From: Bispira polyomma
Lineage: Eukaryota
NCBI GenBank assembly: GCA_965649765.1
Contig: OZ287752.1
Span: 86,552,001 to 86,616,000, forward strand
Length of the DNA stretch: 64,000 nucleotides
Direction: 5' to 3'
The notes under the pieces: model-generated
Seen by the model: the letters and a program-made list of their open reading frames with translations, nothing else
Told to the model about the DNA's origin: nothing
The model's database searches: none
Shown: piece after piece, positions 36,661 through 49,638 of the stretch
How the letters are laid out: each line of letters opens with the position of its first letter
Numbering within the stretch: the stretch's first letter is position 1
Made by a program: the position numbers and the translations under genes

Positions 36661-39600
36661 ACTTGAAACTAACTAGAACTATGCAATAACCTAATAACCC
36701 AATCTAATCTCATCCGGTTTCTTTCTTTAATATGATGTTGTAATAAACTTCGATTGAAGGACCTATTGACCTTTTTTTTAGAGTGATCCAGTTATTGTGG
36801 GAAAATAAAGCATTTTCCATGTTTTATACGTCTTCCTAGCATATAACAGGTTTTATGTGAGAAAATTAAACCTCGCCATAATTGACATTAATTGACATTA
36901 TGATTGAAATTGCTCATATTATTCCCACTGATCCCTGGTTTAAAGGCACACCTTCTAGAGAGATATGAAACAATCAACCTCTGTGAAGACTGGCTATCAT
37001 ATATACATCCACATTCAGTTAATGTATTACATAAATAATGACAATGAACTACTGTAGTTACAGTGGCCATAGTGGAGTTTAGTCATAAAGTGAGAGTCAA
37101 ACAAAACCAGTTGTGTAACAATAGTTTGTTGATAAGTAATAAATTTAATGCATTAAACAGCAACTAACAGAAATGTGATACCCATGGAAATTTAGATTGA
37201 TTACTGTGTTTACAATAAATTAAGTCTTCCTTGGAGTTTTGTTATATGTACACACAAACAGTTGCAGCATAAATCATTTTTGAAGTTTGAATTGGAATTT
37301 AGTTAAGTTTTTTAATGGCACTTCAACAGGTTAGGTCATATCGTTGCTGCCAGATTTAAAGGTGGAATAAACCAGTGCTTTTATCCTGTAAACAGTTGGC
37401 CTGCCATGACCCATTAACATATCAAGCTAATAAAGACTCCATTTAAAAGATATCCCCTAAACAGAAACAATAGTAATAAATCAGTCAGAGAAAAACTGAT
37501 TAGTTGCAGAATATAATATTTTGATATGAAATATTATAAGAAAAATTGCAATAAGAAGGAGAGAAAGTTAAATATGAAGGACTATTGCTGGCGCTTACTG
37601 TACTGCAGAATAATGAGCATGTGAAGAATTAAAGCTTCTATTTATCAGTTGTCTGAAACATAATACATTCTTACATTGACTTGTTACAACGTCTTAAGGT
37701 TAAAGTCATTTGTCAGCTTAGTACAGTAAACATTATAGTATGAATGTTCTTTTAGGTTTTTTTTTGTACCATTTTGTTCAATTTGCAACAATAAATAAAA
37801 TATCAAATGGTGCCTTGTTTTTTAACAATAGTCTTATATTTCTCTATCATCCTATTTTTGATAAATCAGTAAGTGATGTTCTCTCGTAAAATTTGATACA
37901 GTTTTGATAATGTTGTGATAAGCAATTATCTATTGACAAAAGTATGAATTAGATAGAAACTGTCAAAAGGTTGGAAGAGAAATAGAGCTTGGAAATAGAG
38001 CTTTGTTTTGTAAAACCACATATATGATATGCCAACCAAATATAGAGTATGTTCTGGTTTGTTTGTTATTTTTCTGTGGATGTTTGTGCAAGAGGCCTGT
38101 GGTTTTATTGCAAATACGCTTGTCCTTATTTAAGTCCCATAATTCAAATCTTTACATGTAATGGTAGCAATTAAGTTATGTGAGGTTTTGTGACTTAGAA
38201 TTTTGTGACTTAGAATTTTGAGTTGCGATTAAATAGTTTTTACGTAAGTTTAATAATGGTGTGTTTTGGTAAAGATAAAGTAGTGATTTACAAGAGGACA
38301 TGTTTCAATGCTTCTTTAATCATGTGTATTTTACCAAAGCGCAGTATCAGCTATGTTTTTAGTATTTTTTAGTTACCAGTATAACAGTGTAAGAGACATC
38401 TTATATACAGACGTCAGGGGGAAGTGAGGGGCCTCGATGTCCCAGTGGTTCACAATCACAGGCCCCATACAAATGTACAATAGAATCATGTAAGAAAGTT
38501 TGTCACATGGGTCAGTGGTTTAGAGTGGCTTCAGCAGTGGTCTCTTCTAGCATTAAATCTAGACATGCCGTAATAAGACCTGAGCTTTTAAAACTTAAAC
38601 ATGATGTAATATGATGCAACTAAATTCAAATGTAGGAGGAAGTGATACTGAGTCATACAAAATAGATTCACCATTAATTTTGTTAAAACAATTCATTATC
38701 TGTTGCTGAATGCTGGATAATGCTGAATCATATGAATCACAGGAATGACCACATGTTTGAGGATTTTTTTTTTTGAGTTACATGAATTAGAATGATCCCT
38801 TGTAGCCCGTGTGTGATCGTAAGCCTAACTCCCCAAAAGACAAATGAGGAAACTGGAAATAAATGATTTATATATTTGTGTTACTGATGGCCCTTGTCAT
38901 GTTAATCATACCATACTGAAACATATGATGTTTTACCCTTTGATAACAGTCAAGGTTAATATTACAAACTAATTAGGTAAACATCTGGAGATTATTGCTT
39001 TCAATAGGAGAGTGATGTTTTATATTTATTTTCTGGGTGTTTTACACAATAAAAAACATTGATAGGTTACACAGCAGAAGTTTGTTATTCTCTGCTACAT
39101 GTACAAGTTCTAACAATAATATGGGACTGTTATTTATTTACTATGGAATTTGTTTTACCAAAATATGTACAACCAGATCTTAAGATATTATTAAAATCAA
39201 TGTAGTTTTTGTAAGAAAACACACTAGGACGGGGTTTTTTACTTTGGTTTCTGTAAGGAGTTTTTCACAGCCTCAGATATTCCAGAAAGAAGACATAAAG
39301 ACATTAACTATAATCATATTTCAGGACATTAAGACAATGAGATTTCTGTGTCACTCAATTTGTGTCTGCTAATTTCCTATTCTGAAAATAGGTTGTTCTT
39401 TTTCTGAACATCAAGCCTACACTGTGCGTATTTAGGGATATCATTATCAAGAGAAAAACTAATCTAAGAGATTTTCAATTCAATTTTAGCCAGGAACAAG
39501 TAATTTACTTGAAATTCTAAAAATTTTTAATTACTCTTATTTAAGTCTCCGACAAACTTCTCCCAACAGTATAATTTGAAGCCAGATGCCTTTTGCTACC

Positions 39601-41854
39601 TTATTTTAATTGATATTTATTTACTTTATAATGCTTTGACTTAAAACTAGATGTTTATAATGTATCAAGAGATCTCTGACTTCATTGAATTAAATGTGAG
39701 CTTTTCACAATAATTGATGGTAATACAGATATATAAGATGCCAAAAGGATGCCTTGCATCTTTTAGAGCACAAAAGTGAAAAGTAAGACGAAATGGATAG
39801 TCAACACAATACAGCAGTATTGATCACCACCAATGGGTGGTGTTCATATCTTGCCTAAGAAGGTTATCCCCTAATCACCATTATGGTAATACCAGTAGTT
39901 GTATAACCAGGGAACTTCTGATTACCATACCAACTGTTTAACTACTATATCTGTAGTATGTTCTAAGTAGCAATGAATAATAAAATTGATGAACCTTTCT
40001 CGTTCTAAGTTTCATTTTCACATGTGGGTCAGGTTCTAAATATGTTATTTTGCCAGTGTGAGATAGAAGTGCTTGTAAAATATTTAACCTCCAATTATAT
40101 ACAGCTGCTACTAAGTACCATGACTTTTATTATGTATGAGTACTGGTATGTGACCCTTTTTTCATTTCATGATTTCTTACAGATTTATTGATGGAAGAAA
40201 ACTGAACCACGGTAAGTCACCGAGCTTGCAGCAAGTACTTGATAAACTTTCCCACATGAAGGAACAAACAGGATTATAACCTTTTACCCTAAACTATTAT
40301 ATTATTAACATATGGTGACTGACTTGTCATGTGCGTCACTCTGCAGTGACTCAAACAAGTGAGCTCTCTTGTCTGACAACGTATATATCTTGAGGAGTCA
40401 AAATACAGAAAGTTCTACTAATCCAGTGTTTCTTCCAGAAATGTCGTCGTTATACTGCTTGGCATTTGGTGCAATAATGATAAAGTTTTTGATTGGTGCT
40501 TCAAGTTGTTTATCTCATTTACTTACAATTGGTAAGATACTGAAATGTGGTAAATTCTATCTTAAAATACAATGGATTGTGTGTCAACTGCCGGAATAAT
40601 TATGTCACAAATGTGTATTTGCATTTTCTATTTATTGTGGAGTCAAAGCACTAATTTATGTTTTTATTACTAGTGACAAAGTACAGCCAAACAGCACTAG
40701 TAACTGTCATTCCCCTAACTGAAGACAGGAGATGATATCACCTATAAATATGTCCTAGGTCCTTTAGCCCTGACCACGGAGAATACAACCCAAACTGAGG
40801 CCCTCCCTGTTCCAAAGTGAGTGTGTTATTGTGACTAGTTTTTAGGCCTTTCTTCATAGGGATTTTATCTTAGATTAACTTTATTTTTCTGATTATCACT
40901 TCAACATTAAGAGCCAAATATAATTTAGTGTATGGTAAGAGTGTGAATTATTGTGTGACAAAATTGTTAATTCAGTGTCATACAAATATTATCTTACAAC
41001 CTAAAAACTGTACAACGTTTTTTGTCCAATAACTCCTTGTCCTTCTGCTTTTGGGGTTTTTTGATTGGGATGGAATTTAGGTTATAGAATTTATCCCACA
41101 CACTAGAACTACATCAAAATGTGTTATTGTATTGGAAACCATTGTGCAGTATTGACAAAAGGTAACTCACTTTTTTCCCCTTGTAAAGATTCCTCTTTGT
41201 AAAGGGTTACAACCATCCGACCGCGTAAAACTATGCAAATATTAACTTAAAACTTCCACAAGAATAATGACACTTTTTTCTTTCTTAAGTTGTATATTAT
41301 TAGTACACCAAAAAGTACATTGTGATGTGCAATCTAAAATATAATTCACATATGTACAAACAGCAAATATTTAAACAACAATATGTGAGAGGAATCTGTG
41401 CAGTTAATTTGTAAGGATCTGCCATGTATAAAGTAGAAAGCTCCAAAATATATTAACAAGAGTTTTCTTCTTTTAAAAATAACACTAATGTTGATATGGT
41501 CACTGTTTACTCGGGCCCACTTGGCATCCCTGCACATATTAATCTGACACCCCTCAGCTGGGACGGCTCAATTCAAACCAATCAATAAAGGCTTTGTATA
41601 TTATTTCTAAAATTGCTGTGCTCTTTTATAAAGATGGCGGCACCCTTTTCAGAATGAATACAATATCAGGCAGTGCCTAATAAAAAAGGTAGGCCCTGAA
41701 CCTGTGGAATCCACTTACATTAGATATAAGTAGAAGTTAGCCACAGGTCGAATCAAATCTTGTGGATACTGGTCATTCAACTTATAAAGAGTCCACTACA
41801 AATCATCCATGTTTTCACATACTGCCACATAAACTAAGCACAGTTTTAATCTTT

Positions 41855-43276
41855 TTATCCCAAGTTTATTAAATATTCTAGACCTAACCGGCGCACCACA
41901 GCGATAAACCGTTTGTATATTGCAGCCTGAAAGTGTAGTATTCTGCCCGAGTATCTTTTGACTGTTTGCAATTGTTTGCAAAATTCCAGGGTGAAAATGC
42001 CTGGTTGTTTCAAGCATTGATGTCTATAGTGCTATACCTTGGCCATCTTATCAGTACTAGAGCCACGTTTGTGTTGGCTTTTGCCGATTTTCTGATGACA
42101 AAAATGGGAAAAAGCTGCTAAGCAAAAGCGAGGATTCAAGATTATTTTTCGCCTATGTTTGTCTGATACACCATACAGGTAAGCCGATGTCTTCAGTGGA
42201 TAGAAACTCTCTTGTGCTTCATTCTCGGTACCAATAAAAATTTTAAATAGAGCAAAGCTTGGAAAGGTAAAAGTCGTGGACCATGAATCGTTACCAGTAC
42301 AGCTTGCCAACATTTGGGTGTAGTTATCATGGTGCTGTGGAATGATAACCTCATCTATGTCAATAGTGACTATGTACTTGTAGCGATACATGTTTCTGTA
42401 CAGGCACTCATTTAATGATGTCCTCACAGAGATGTCTGCTACAAAGACATCTGATAAAGAATATCTCCAGATAGGTGAAGGCTGATGGTAAAGCAGGAGT
42501 ATACCTCTATTTTTATAATATTTAAATACTTTCTGAACTGGTGGAGATAGCTGCATTGTTCTGTTGTAGATGTTAAACTCAGTGACACCGAAAAGCCTGT
42601 TGGTTTCAAACCATTCTATTAGCCATAGCGCCTGCTCTGGGCCGAAATAACCAAAGGACACTGCATTGGCTTCACACATACCAAATACATGATCCACTTG
42701 AGTAGGCTTCGATGGGTATGTCACTTGAATATACACAGTGGTATTGGTACAAGGTGTTGGCATAAAAGATGCATGAGTTATAGTCACGTTTTCTTTAAAC
42801 ACCTTCTGAGGTATTCTGCAGCTTATGATAAAGTTATGGAACACCTTCCCCTTGGCGGTGACATGTCGCTTCGTGCCAAGACCTGTCACGGTGCTAAGAA
42901 TGATCAGTGGTGTGTCAATAAGCTTTGCATTGGTCCACAGGTAGCAATATGTCGATCGTTTTAGCTTGCCAATACTGTTGCCAGTGGCAAAAACAAGAAA
43001 CCTGATATATACACTGCTGTTAAAACTTGGTCTGTCAGCGTAGCAGGCATGTAAGCCATACACTCTATCATCTATGTCATCAGTGGGGACAAAGGCTTGA
43101 GCCTGCCAATGATGGTCTTCATCTCTGTACTCTATACTGTCTATGTCTGGTATTTTGATGGTAAATGGACAATCAACCAGATCGTCAAGGACCTCTTCCT
43201 CAACCCTTTTCTCTTCTGATTTTTGCTTTGTGGAAGGAAATGATATTGGAAATTTATTGACATAAAGTGGTGGCAA
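41855..43276 (-). pseudogene. Glycosyltransferase family 92 (DUF23) catalytic exon with in-frame TAG at 42032-42034
   Basis: LIEWFETNRLFGVTEFNIY, VFKYY, LNECLYRNMYRYKYIVTIDIDEVIIP (DxD) and KIILNP motifs. Reading through the TAG gives AKV*HYRHQC... to TAA at 41855-41857. No N-terminal TM anchor is present in this ORF, so the upstream exon(s) were not identified. Confidence 0.85.
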
Positions 43277-43599
43277 TATATAACAATTTGTGAAAAAAAA
43301 ATATATTCAGGAAACTTTTTAAAGTTTAAAATGTATAAATCAAAACACTAGAAATTCCTTTAAACAGGTCATATCACAAAGGCCAGATTCAATGGTAGAT
43401 AAAACAAATGCTAAAGTTTGTAAACCTGTGGTCTAGAGCAAGTGCCCGACCAATAATCTATGAAAATATTGGAATGTATTGATCTTTTAAAAATAAAAAT
43501 ATATATTGTTGGAAGCATTCAAATCATACAGAGGTTGTTACTAACTTACTAATGTATCAAGTAACACTGCCATTTTAAACTTATATAGATTAAATTGTA

Positions 43600-43800
43600 A
43601 CTGTGCAAGGTAGACCCACATGGGCTAGCTAGGTCAGTGCTGCCAGTAATTTGTTAAGTCCAGGGTCTTGACCCCTAAGCTAATTGGCGAACTCTGCACT
43701 AATTGACCCTTGTCTTCCCGCCGTTTTTGTGGGGATATCACTTTTAATATTGAAGTCGAAGGAGCAACACCGCCATTTTTATTTTTCATTTTATTTTGTT
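43600..43800 (+). repeat. Split direct repeat A1
   Basis: Near-identical to 49007-49207 (GGTAGACCC...GCTAGCTAGGTCAGTGCT...TTTATTTTGTT). Confidence 0.95.
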
Positions 43801-44105
43801 TGTGATTTTAATTTTTGTTAAGACTCTAGAACTGTTTACGTTGTGCTATCTAACTATATTTGGGATTGATCACACGGACGTTCTGGACACTATAGATGAA
43901 GTCACGACTACAGTGGTGTTTTGTACTCATACTTTGAGTCTTGTGTATATCCTTGTCTGAAATCTGATAAAGGGAAAAATCCCCTCATTATATTCTCATA
44001 TTAATACCTATTCTATTAATACACTTTCACATCCAAATTACTAGCCAGTAGTATATACACATGTATCAAAGCGTGAGTGTTCTTATATTATTCAGAGAGT
44101 AATAA

Positions 44106-45099
44106 ATGGCTCCGAGAAAACATATAATTGCCTTAAATGTGGCACAAATCACCAGAAACCTATAGATAGTAACTGTAAATTAGCAGCTAGACTGCTTACT
44201 GACGATGAGGAAGTGCTGAACTCTGCTTCGACTAGTGAAAGTCAAAGTCCTGGTGACATTAACATTCAGATACTAAACGAACTACGTGCTCTGAGCGGTC
44301 GAAAGACCAAAGTGAAACGCCAGGTAAATCACAGTCAGCATAGAGCCCAGACTTCTCCAAGTCGGGGAACACCTGTAACAACCAGTCCTGCACCTCGACC
44401 TGCTGCACTACTGCCTGATCCGGAAGACGTCTTAGTACCCACCATGGACACACTTAGGTCTTCACAGAGTCTACAGACTTCCGTGGACACACGTCTCAAG
44501 GAGCTAGCTATGATAAATATGACAGGTACGTTCAAGTCCCAGAGGGGGCTAGTGATACGGTCTGGGTGAGCAAACAGGTCCCTTGGCCACAGAACTTTAT
44601 TTTAGGTGGACATAGTAAATCTAGATTCTCATATGACTCATTAACAATGCCCCAGTGAGTCGCTGGTTTCTCAAACATCATTAGAGAAGAAAGTAATGTT
44701 GCAACCAGGAATCTAATGTTAGAGTACTTATCGGACCTCATGAAGGACGCTCATGACTTATCCTGGAGGACGGCTAAGGGAAGTCATCCAGTTCTATCCT
44801 GTAAAATGGAAGAGGGGAAGGTGTCATGGGACGAGTCCCATAAACTAGATAGAATTAGGCGGGCTCATGCCCAGCGGGTAATTAATTCCAGCCAAAACTC
44901 TAGCCAAAAAGGTCCATCCAGGAAAAGTCATGACAAGGGTACTCCATGTAAGTTCTTCCAAAAGGGTACTTGCCCCCAAAAAGGGGATCATGAAACTAAG
45001 GGAACCACTTATCTGCATGTGTGTAGTAATTGTATGTTGAATAGGCGGTCTTTTCCCCACCCTGCAAAAGATTGCAGAAAAAATGCAAAAGACGAATAA
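44106..45099 (+). pseudogene. gag of YR element 3 (frameshifts and stop)
   Basis: ATG at 44106 and CLKCGTNHQKPIDSNC knuckle after a 1-bp slip; VPWPQN...YDSLTMPQ*VAGF; CKFFQKGTCPQKGDH...HVCSNC...HPAKDC. Confidence 0.85.
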
Positions 45100-47570
45100 G
45101 GCACTGCAACAATGCAGTGCCCTTATCAAATCCTAGTGATCAATGTTATCTAGATAAAAGCACCAGGTGGATTGAAAAAATATTTTTCAATGGTAGAACA
45201 ATGGACAATGAACTTTTTACTGAGAGGTATAGTGAAAAACAATTTCATGGTAGAACTGTATATAACACTACTGCTAAGGTTCAAGCTAGTATGCACTGGA
45301 GTACAGACTGGGCTCGGTTCAAAAAGAAATCCTACGTGGACATTTTAAAAAATGGTAAAACAAAACAAAGTCAGGAAAAACACATGTCCTCCAGTACACA
45401 CCGCACAAAAACTAACCAAACTGTGAAATTTCCAATGTGTAAAGTAACAATGAAAAACAGTACTGTTTTACAAAAAAGTATTAATCATGCATGTTTTGCC
45501 AACCTTTCAGGAAAGTCTGACTGCTCTGTCAGCAAAGAGGTAACCAAGGTGGTTGTTAGGGGTAAATCACGTACCATTTTCCCTTCCCCTAGAGTAGGTG
45601 TGAAACCTGATAGTATGGGAAAATCAATTAAAACTTGCAGCAATGGGGATGGGGGAAAAGGTGTGAAAATACACAACCATACAAAACCTCCTTTCTTTGT
45701 TTCACACCTGCGAGAAGGTGCCAAAAATTTTGTCCCCACATACAATAGGTTTTTCCCTCTTTCTGTAGGTCATGGTGATATTGACAATAGGATCATTCCC
45801 AAAACAAAACCTCTTGATACTGGGAGAGAAACAAAAGGCCATAGCAAAGGCAAAAGTAAGGGTTCACCCACAACTTCCATAGGTAAAACAAAAACATTGG
45901 AGGCTGATAAATATGATTTAGAACTCCAACTGAGACCCAAACACAGGGACCTTATAAGGGAGGCCCATAACGTCCCCATATTCCAACAGTGGAATTCACA
46001 GACCACAGACAAGTATGGTTTTGTTCGTTTAGGTGACATTGAGGTTCCTGAGTCAGATAAAAGGGTTACATCACAGGCTACATTAATTCAGTTACATACT
46101 ATCATTAGTGCAGCAAAGTGTCCCAATTTTATAGACCCTCAAATTGAGATCAAGTCATAACTTAAACCTGACTTCTGGGAAAAATACCTCAAAAAATATA
46201 TTTATTGGGATTCCCAACTACCCTTCTTAGTCAGATATGGTTTCCCCATGGACTTTAAGGGGGATAGTCCCCTCTCACACGTAGAACAAAACCATAGCTC
46301 AGCGGTAAACTTCCCTAATGACATTGAGGCCTATTTAAAAGAGGAAATTAAATTTGGGGCTTTGTTAGGGCCGTTTGACAATGCTCCCATACAGAACCTC
46401 CACGTGTCCCCATTTATGACAAAAGAAAAACCGGGGCTCCTCATAGGCGTGTTATTATTGACCTAAGCTATCCACATGGTGAGTCAGTTAACACTGCTTT
46501 AGCAAAGGACAGATATTTAAACACACCCTTTGTCCTCACACTTCCCACAATTGACACAGTAACCAGTAAAATTTGGCGCCTGGGTCGTGGTACTCACATA
46601 TACAAGATTGACGCCAGTCGAGCATTCCGTCACGTAAAGATGGAACCGCCTGACTATCACCTGCTAGGCCTCAAATTTGACAAATACTATGTAGACGTTC
46701 ATTTGATACATTGCACCACTTGCTACAAGAACTAGGTTTTGCAATAAGTGAAAAGAAACTAGTATATCCTGGTACAAAAGTTACATGTCTCGGGGTCTTG
46801 GTAAACACGGAAAATTTCACTGTATCACTGCCCCAAGAAAAACTAGCAGAAACCATCTCCCTAGTTAAAGATTGGCAGAAAAAACAAAGTTGTACAAAAC
46901 GGGAACTCCAATCACTTCTAGGCAAGTTACTTTATGTTTCAAAGTGTGTCAGAGTATCACGTGTCTTCATAAACCGTATGTTAGACATCCTTAGAGTAGC
47001 AGGTAATAGTAAAAAAGTCACACTCACAACTGAATTTAGACAAGATATCAATTGGTTCAAAAATTTCTTCCTGTCTTTAATGGCACAGCATTTTTTTACC
47101 ATGACCCAACCACTGACTGCATCCAACTGGATGCTTGTCTTGAAGGACTCAGGGGCAGGTGTAATGACCAAGTATATGAGTATTCCCTTCCCCTGGGGTA
47201 CCTTGACCTTACTATTGTGCATTTAGAAATGCTCAACATACTTGTAGCCATACGGGTCTGGAAGTCTCTATGGGCAGGCAAAAGACTGGTAATTCAGTGT
47301 GATAATGCAGCAGTCGTAGCAATCTTGGGTTCGAGTAAGACTAAAGATTTAACATTGGCAGCCATAGCCAGAAACATCTTTATGGAAATAGCTGCTGTCG
47401 ACATCAGCTTAAGAATCATTCACATTCTAGGTAGAGATAATCATGTGGCGGGTCTTTTGTCCAGATGGCAACTGACCCAGGATAGAAACAAAAAACTCAC
47501 AAACTTAGTGCCTAATCAGCAGTGGGTGGAAGTGAGTAATAGTATGTTGAAAATAGATTGGTCTATCTAA
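45072..47570 (+). pseudogene. pol (RT + RNase H) of YR element 3; several lesions, YxDD segment deleted near 46700
   Basis: HVSPFMTKEKPG, KIDASRAFRHV, ELQSLLGKLLYVSKCV, LDACLEG, QCDNAAVV and HILGRDNHVAGLLSRW motifs. Confidence 0.9.
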
Positions 47571-47576
47571 TTGTAG

Positions 47577-48525
47577 ATGTGCCCTCTCACCTCAGACAGA
47601 TAGCCATGCAAGCAACACACAGGGCTCACCAGGCTTTCAGACCCTCCACTGATAAAGCCTATTCAAACATGTTTAGAACATAAATACCAATCATATTTTC
47701 CCACTTGTATTGTTATCATTTTTGGAAGTACTAGTGGTTAAACACGCCTCTGCTTCCTCTATTTCCAACTATCTTTCTGCAATCAAAGCCAAGATGGCGC
47801 TATTTGGCCTAAATGTCTTTGTTTTCTCTGACCCTAGAATCAGGTATTACCAAAAATCACTCTTGCTCAATAGCCCTTTCAGGGCCAAAATAAAAACAAT
47901 TATTGACATACCCCTCCTTACCCAAATCATTCAATTCTGTGACACAATGTATATGGGCCAGGTTTTTAAGGCACTGTATTTGATAGCATTTTTTCCTTCC
48001 TAAGGATCTCCAACCTGGTCCCCTATGCAGTTTCACAGTTTTCTCCCCTACTTCAATTGGCCAGGGGTGACATTATTTTCAACCCTACTACCCCTGCATC
48101 CACCTCATAAGTGGACTAAGACACTGCAGTCCAAAAATGTAGCCAAAGTACTAAAAATTCCTACCTTACTTTCCTCTCCCCTCTGTCAAGTCTCAGCAGT
48201 CAGGGCTTTGCTAGCCATCACACCAGGCCATAGAGACTCCCCTCTTTTCCAGTTTAAAAAGAACAGTACCTGGATGCCATTGACTGATACCGAGTTCGAG
48301 CTAACCGAACAAGCATACTCCAGCGCTTGCGATTACAACATTCCAATATTACCTTCCATACCTTCCGGTGTTCTGGTGCCACCTCGCTTTCAACAGTAAT
48401 GTCCCTATTCAAGAGATACAGAGTCATGGCACCTGGACGTCAGATTTCGTCTGGAAATACATAACCCAAGACCATAATGCCTCCGAAGAGTTGGCCCTGG
48501 CCTTTCACATTCCACTACTACCTAG
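47577..48525 (+). pseudogene. Tyrosine recombinase of YR element 3 (frameshifted)
   Basis: AFRPSTDKAY, FLRISNLVP, KWTKTLQ, ITFHTFRCSGAT and HGTWTSDFVWKY distributed across frames. Confidence 0.9.
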
Positions 48526-48532
48526 TTGGGCT

Positions 48533-49010
48533 TTGGGGTTGTTCATTTACATTTATTCTATACTATATATTATACAACTGTTAAATATCTAAATATTAAA
48601 TGTTTGGGGCCACCTTACCACTCTACTTTTAAACCATTAACTTAATTCGCAACTCTTTATCAAATTTAAAGGGTAACCTTAACAAAAAGTTAAGGTCACC
48701 TTAAACTCAAAATCTTACACACTTTAAGGTGGCCTCATTGTTAAAGTTAAGGCTACCTTACTTTTTCAAAATTTTATGGTCACCTTAAGTTATTCATAAT
48801 TTAAGGTCACCTTACTTATTAACTTAACTTCCCGGTGCCTTAATTTAAGGTCACCTTATCTCATCCACTTAAACTCTTAGTGCTAGGGTAGCCCCTATAC
48901 TCAGTATATGAATAAATGTTAGAGATTAATACAGTCATTAAAACATATCCCCACTTTGCCTCTTTTTATTGTGTTCCAAATCCATTCCCAACTGCACTGG
49001 TAGGGCACTG
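48533..49010 (+). repeat. Split direct repeat B1 (contains palindrome array and AATAAA at 48911)
   Basis: Near-identical to 49639-50116. Confidence 0.95.
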
Positions 49011-49207
49011 TGTGGGGTAGACCCGCAGGGGCTAGCTAGGTCAGTGCTTCCAGTAATTTGTTAAGTCCAGGGTCTTGACCCCTAAGCTAATTGGCGAACT
49101 CTGCACTAATTGACCCTTGTCTTCCCGCCGTTTTCGTGGGGATATCACTTTTAATATTGAAGTCGAAAGGGCAACACCGCCATTTTTATTTTTTATTTTA
49201 TTTTGTT
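49007..49207 (+). repeat. Split direct repeat A2
   Basis: Near-identical to A1; abuts B1 through the shared ACTG. Confidence 0.95.
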
Positions 49208-49638
49208 CCCACCCACTCCCCATCAGCAACTATTGATAGAGTATTCTGTTATCACTCATTGTGTAACGTGTATTTTTGGTGTGTACTCTAGTGTGTTGAA
49301 TATTATTTGTGTAACATAACCATGATGTCATATTAACTCTAAGTTGTCTAGTTTCAGACACAAGATTGAGAATGGAAGGGCAAAACTACTTCCTGGACAA
49401 GACATGGCTGCACAGCAAAAAGCAACACATGAACTTGTCCTCAGATCTATTCGATTTCTCGATTTAATTGTGCGATGTCTATATGAATGTATCTGGAAAC
49501 TATGGTTATTGTATATGCTAGGGGTGTAAGGTCTGAGTGAGTTAAGATGCTGCTTTCCTTGGACTCTTGATATGGATTAGTGTATTCTTAGGCTTTTAGC
49601 TAGAACCATGATTTTAATTATATTATTTTTATCCTCTA

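Noticed and set aside
42032-42034. Selenocysteine or pyrrolysine recoding of the GT92 stop
   Set aside because: The codon is TAG, not TGA, and pyrrolysine is not used in animals.
33840-44105. Additional 5'-UTR introns in YR elements 2 and 3 (acceptor-like TCTCTTTTCAG at ~33883 minus and TTATTCAG at ~44096 plus)
   Set aside because: Plausible acceptors, but no matching conserved donors could be identified, so this is not supportable.
48600-48900. CRISPR-like repeat-spacer array from the TTAAGGTNACCTTAA palindromes
   Set aside because: The repeats are 15 bp and degenerate, spacing is irregular and short, and the array is part of the element's B repeat.
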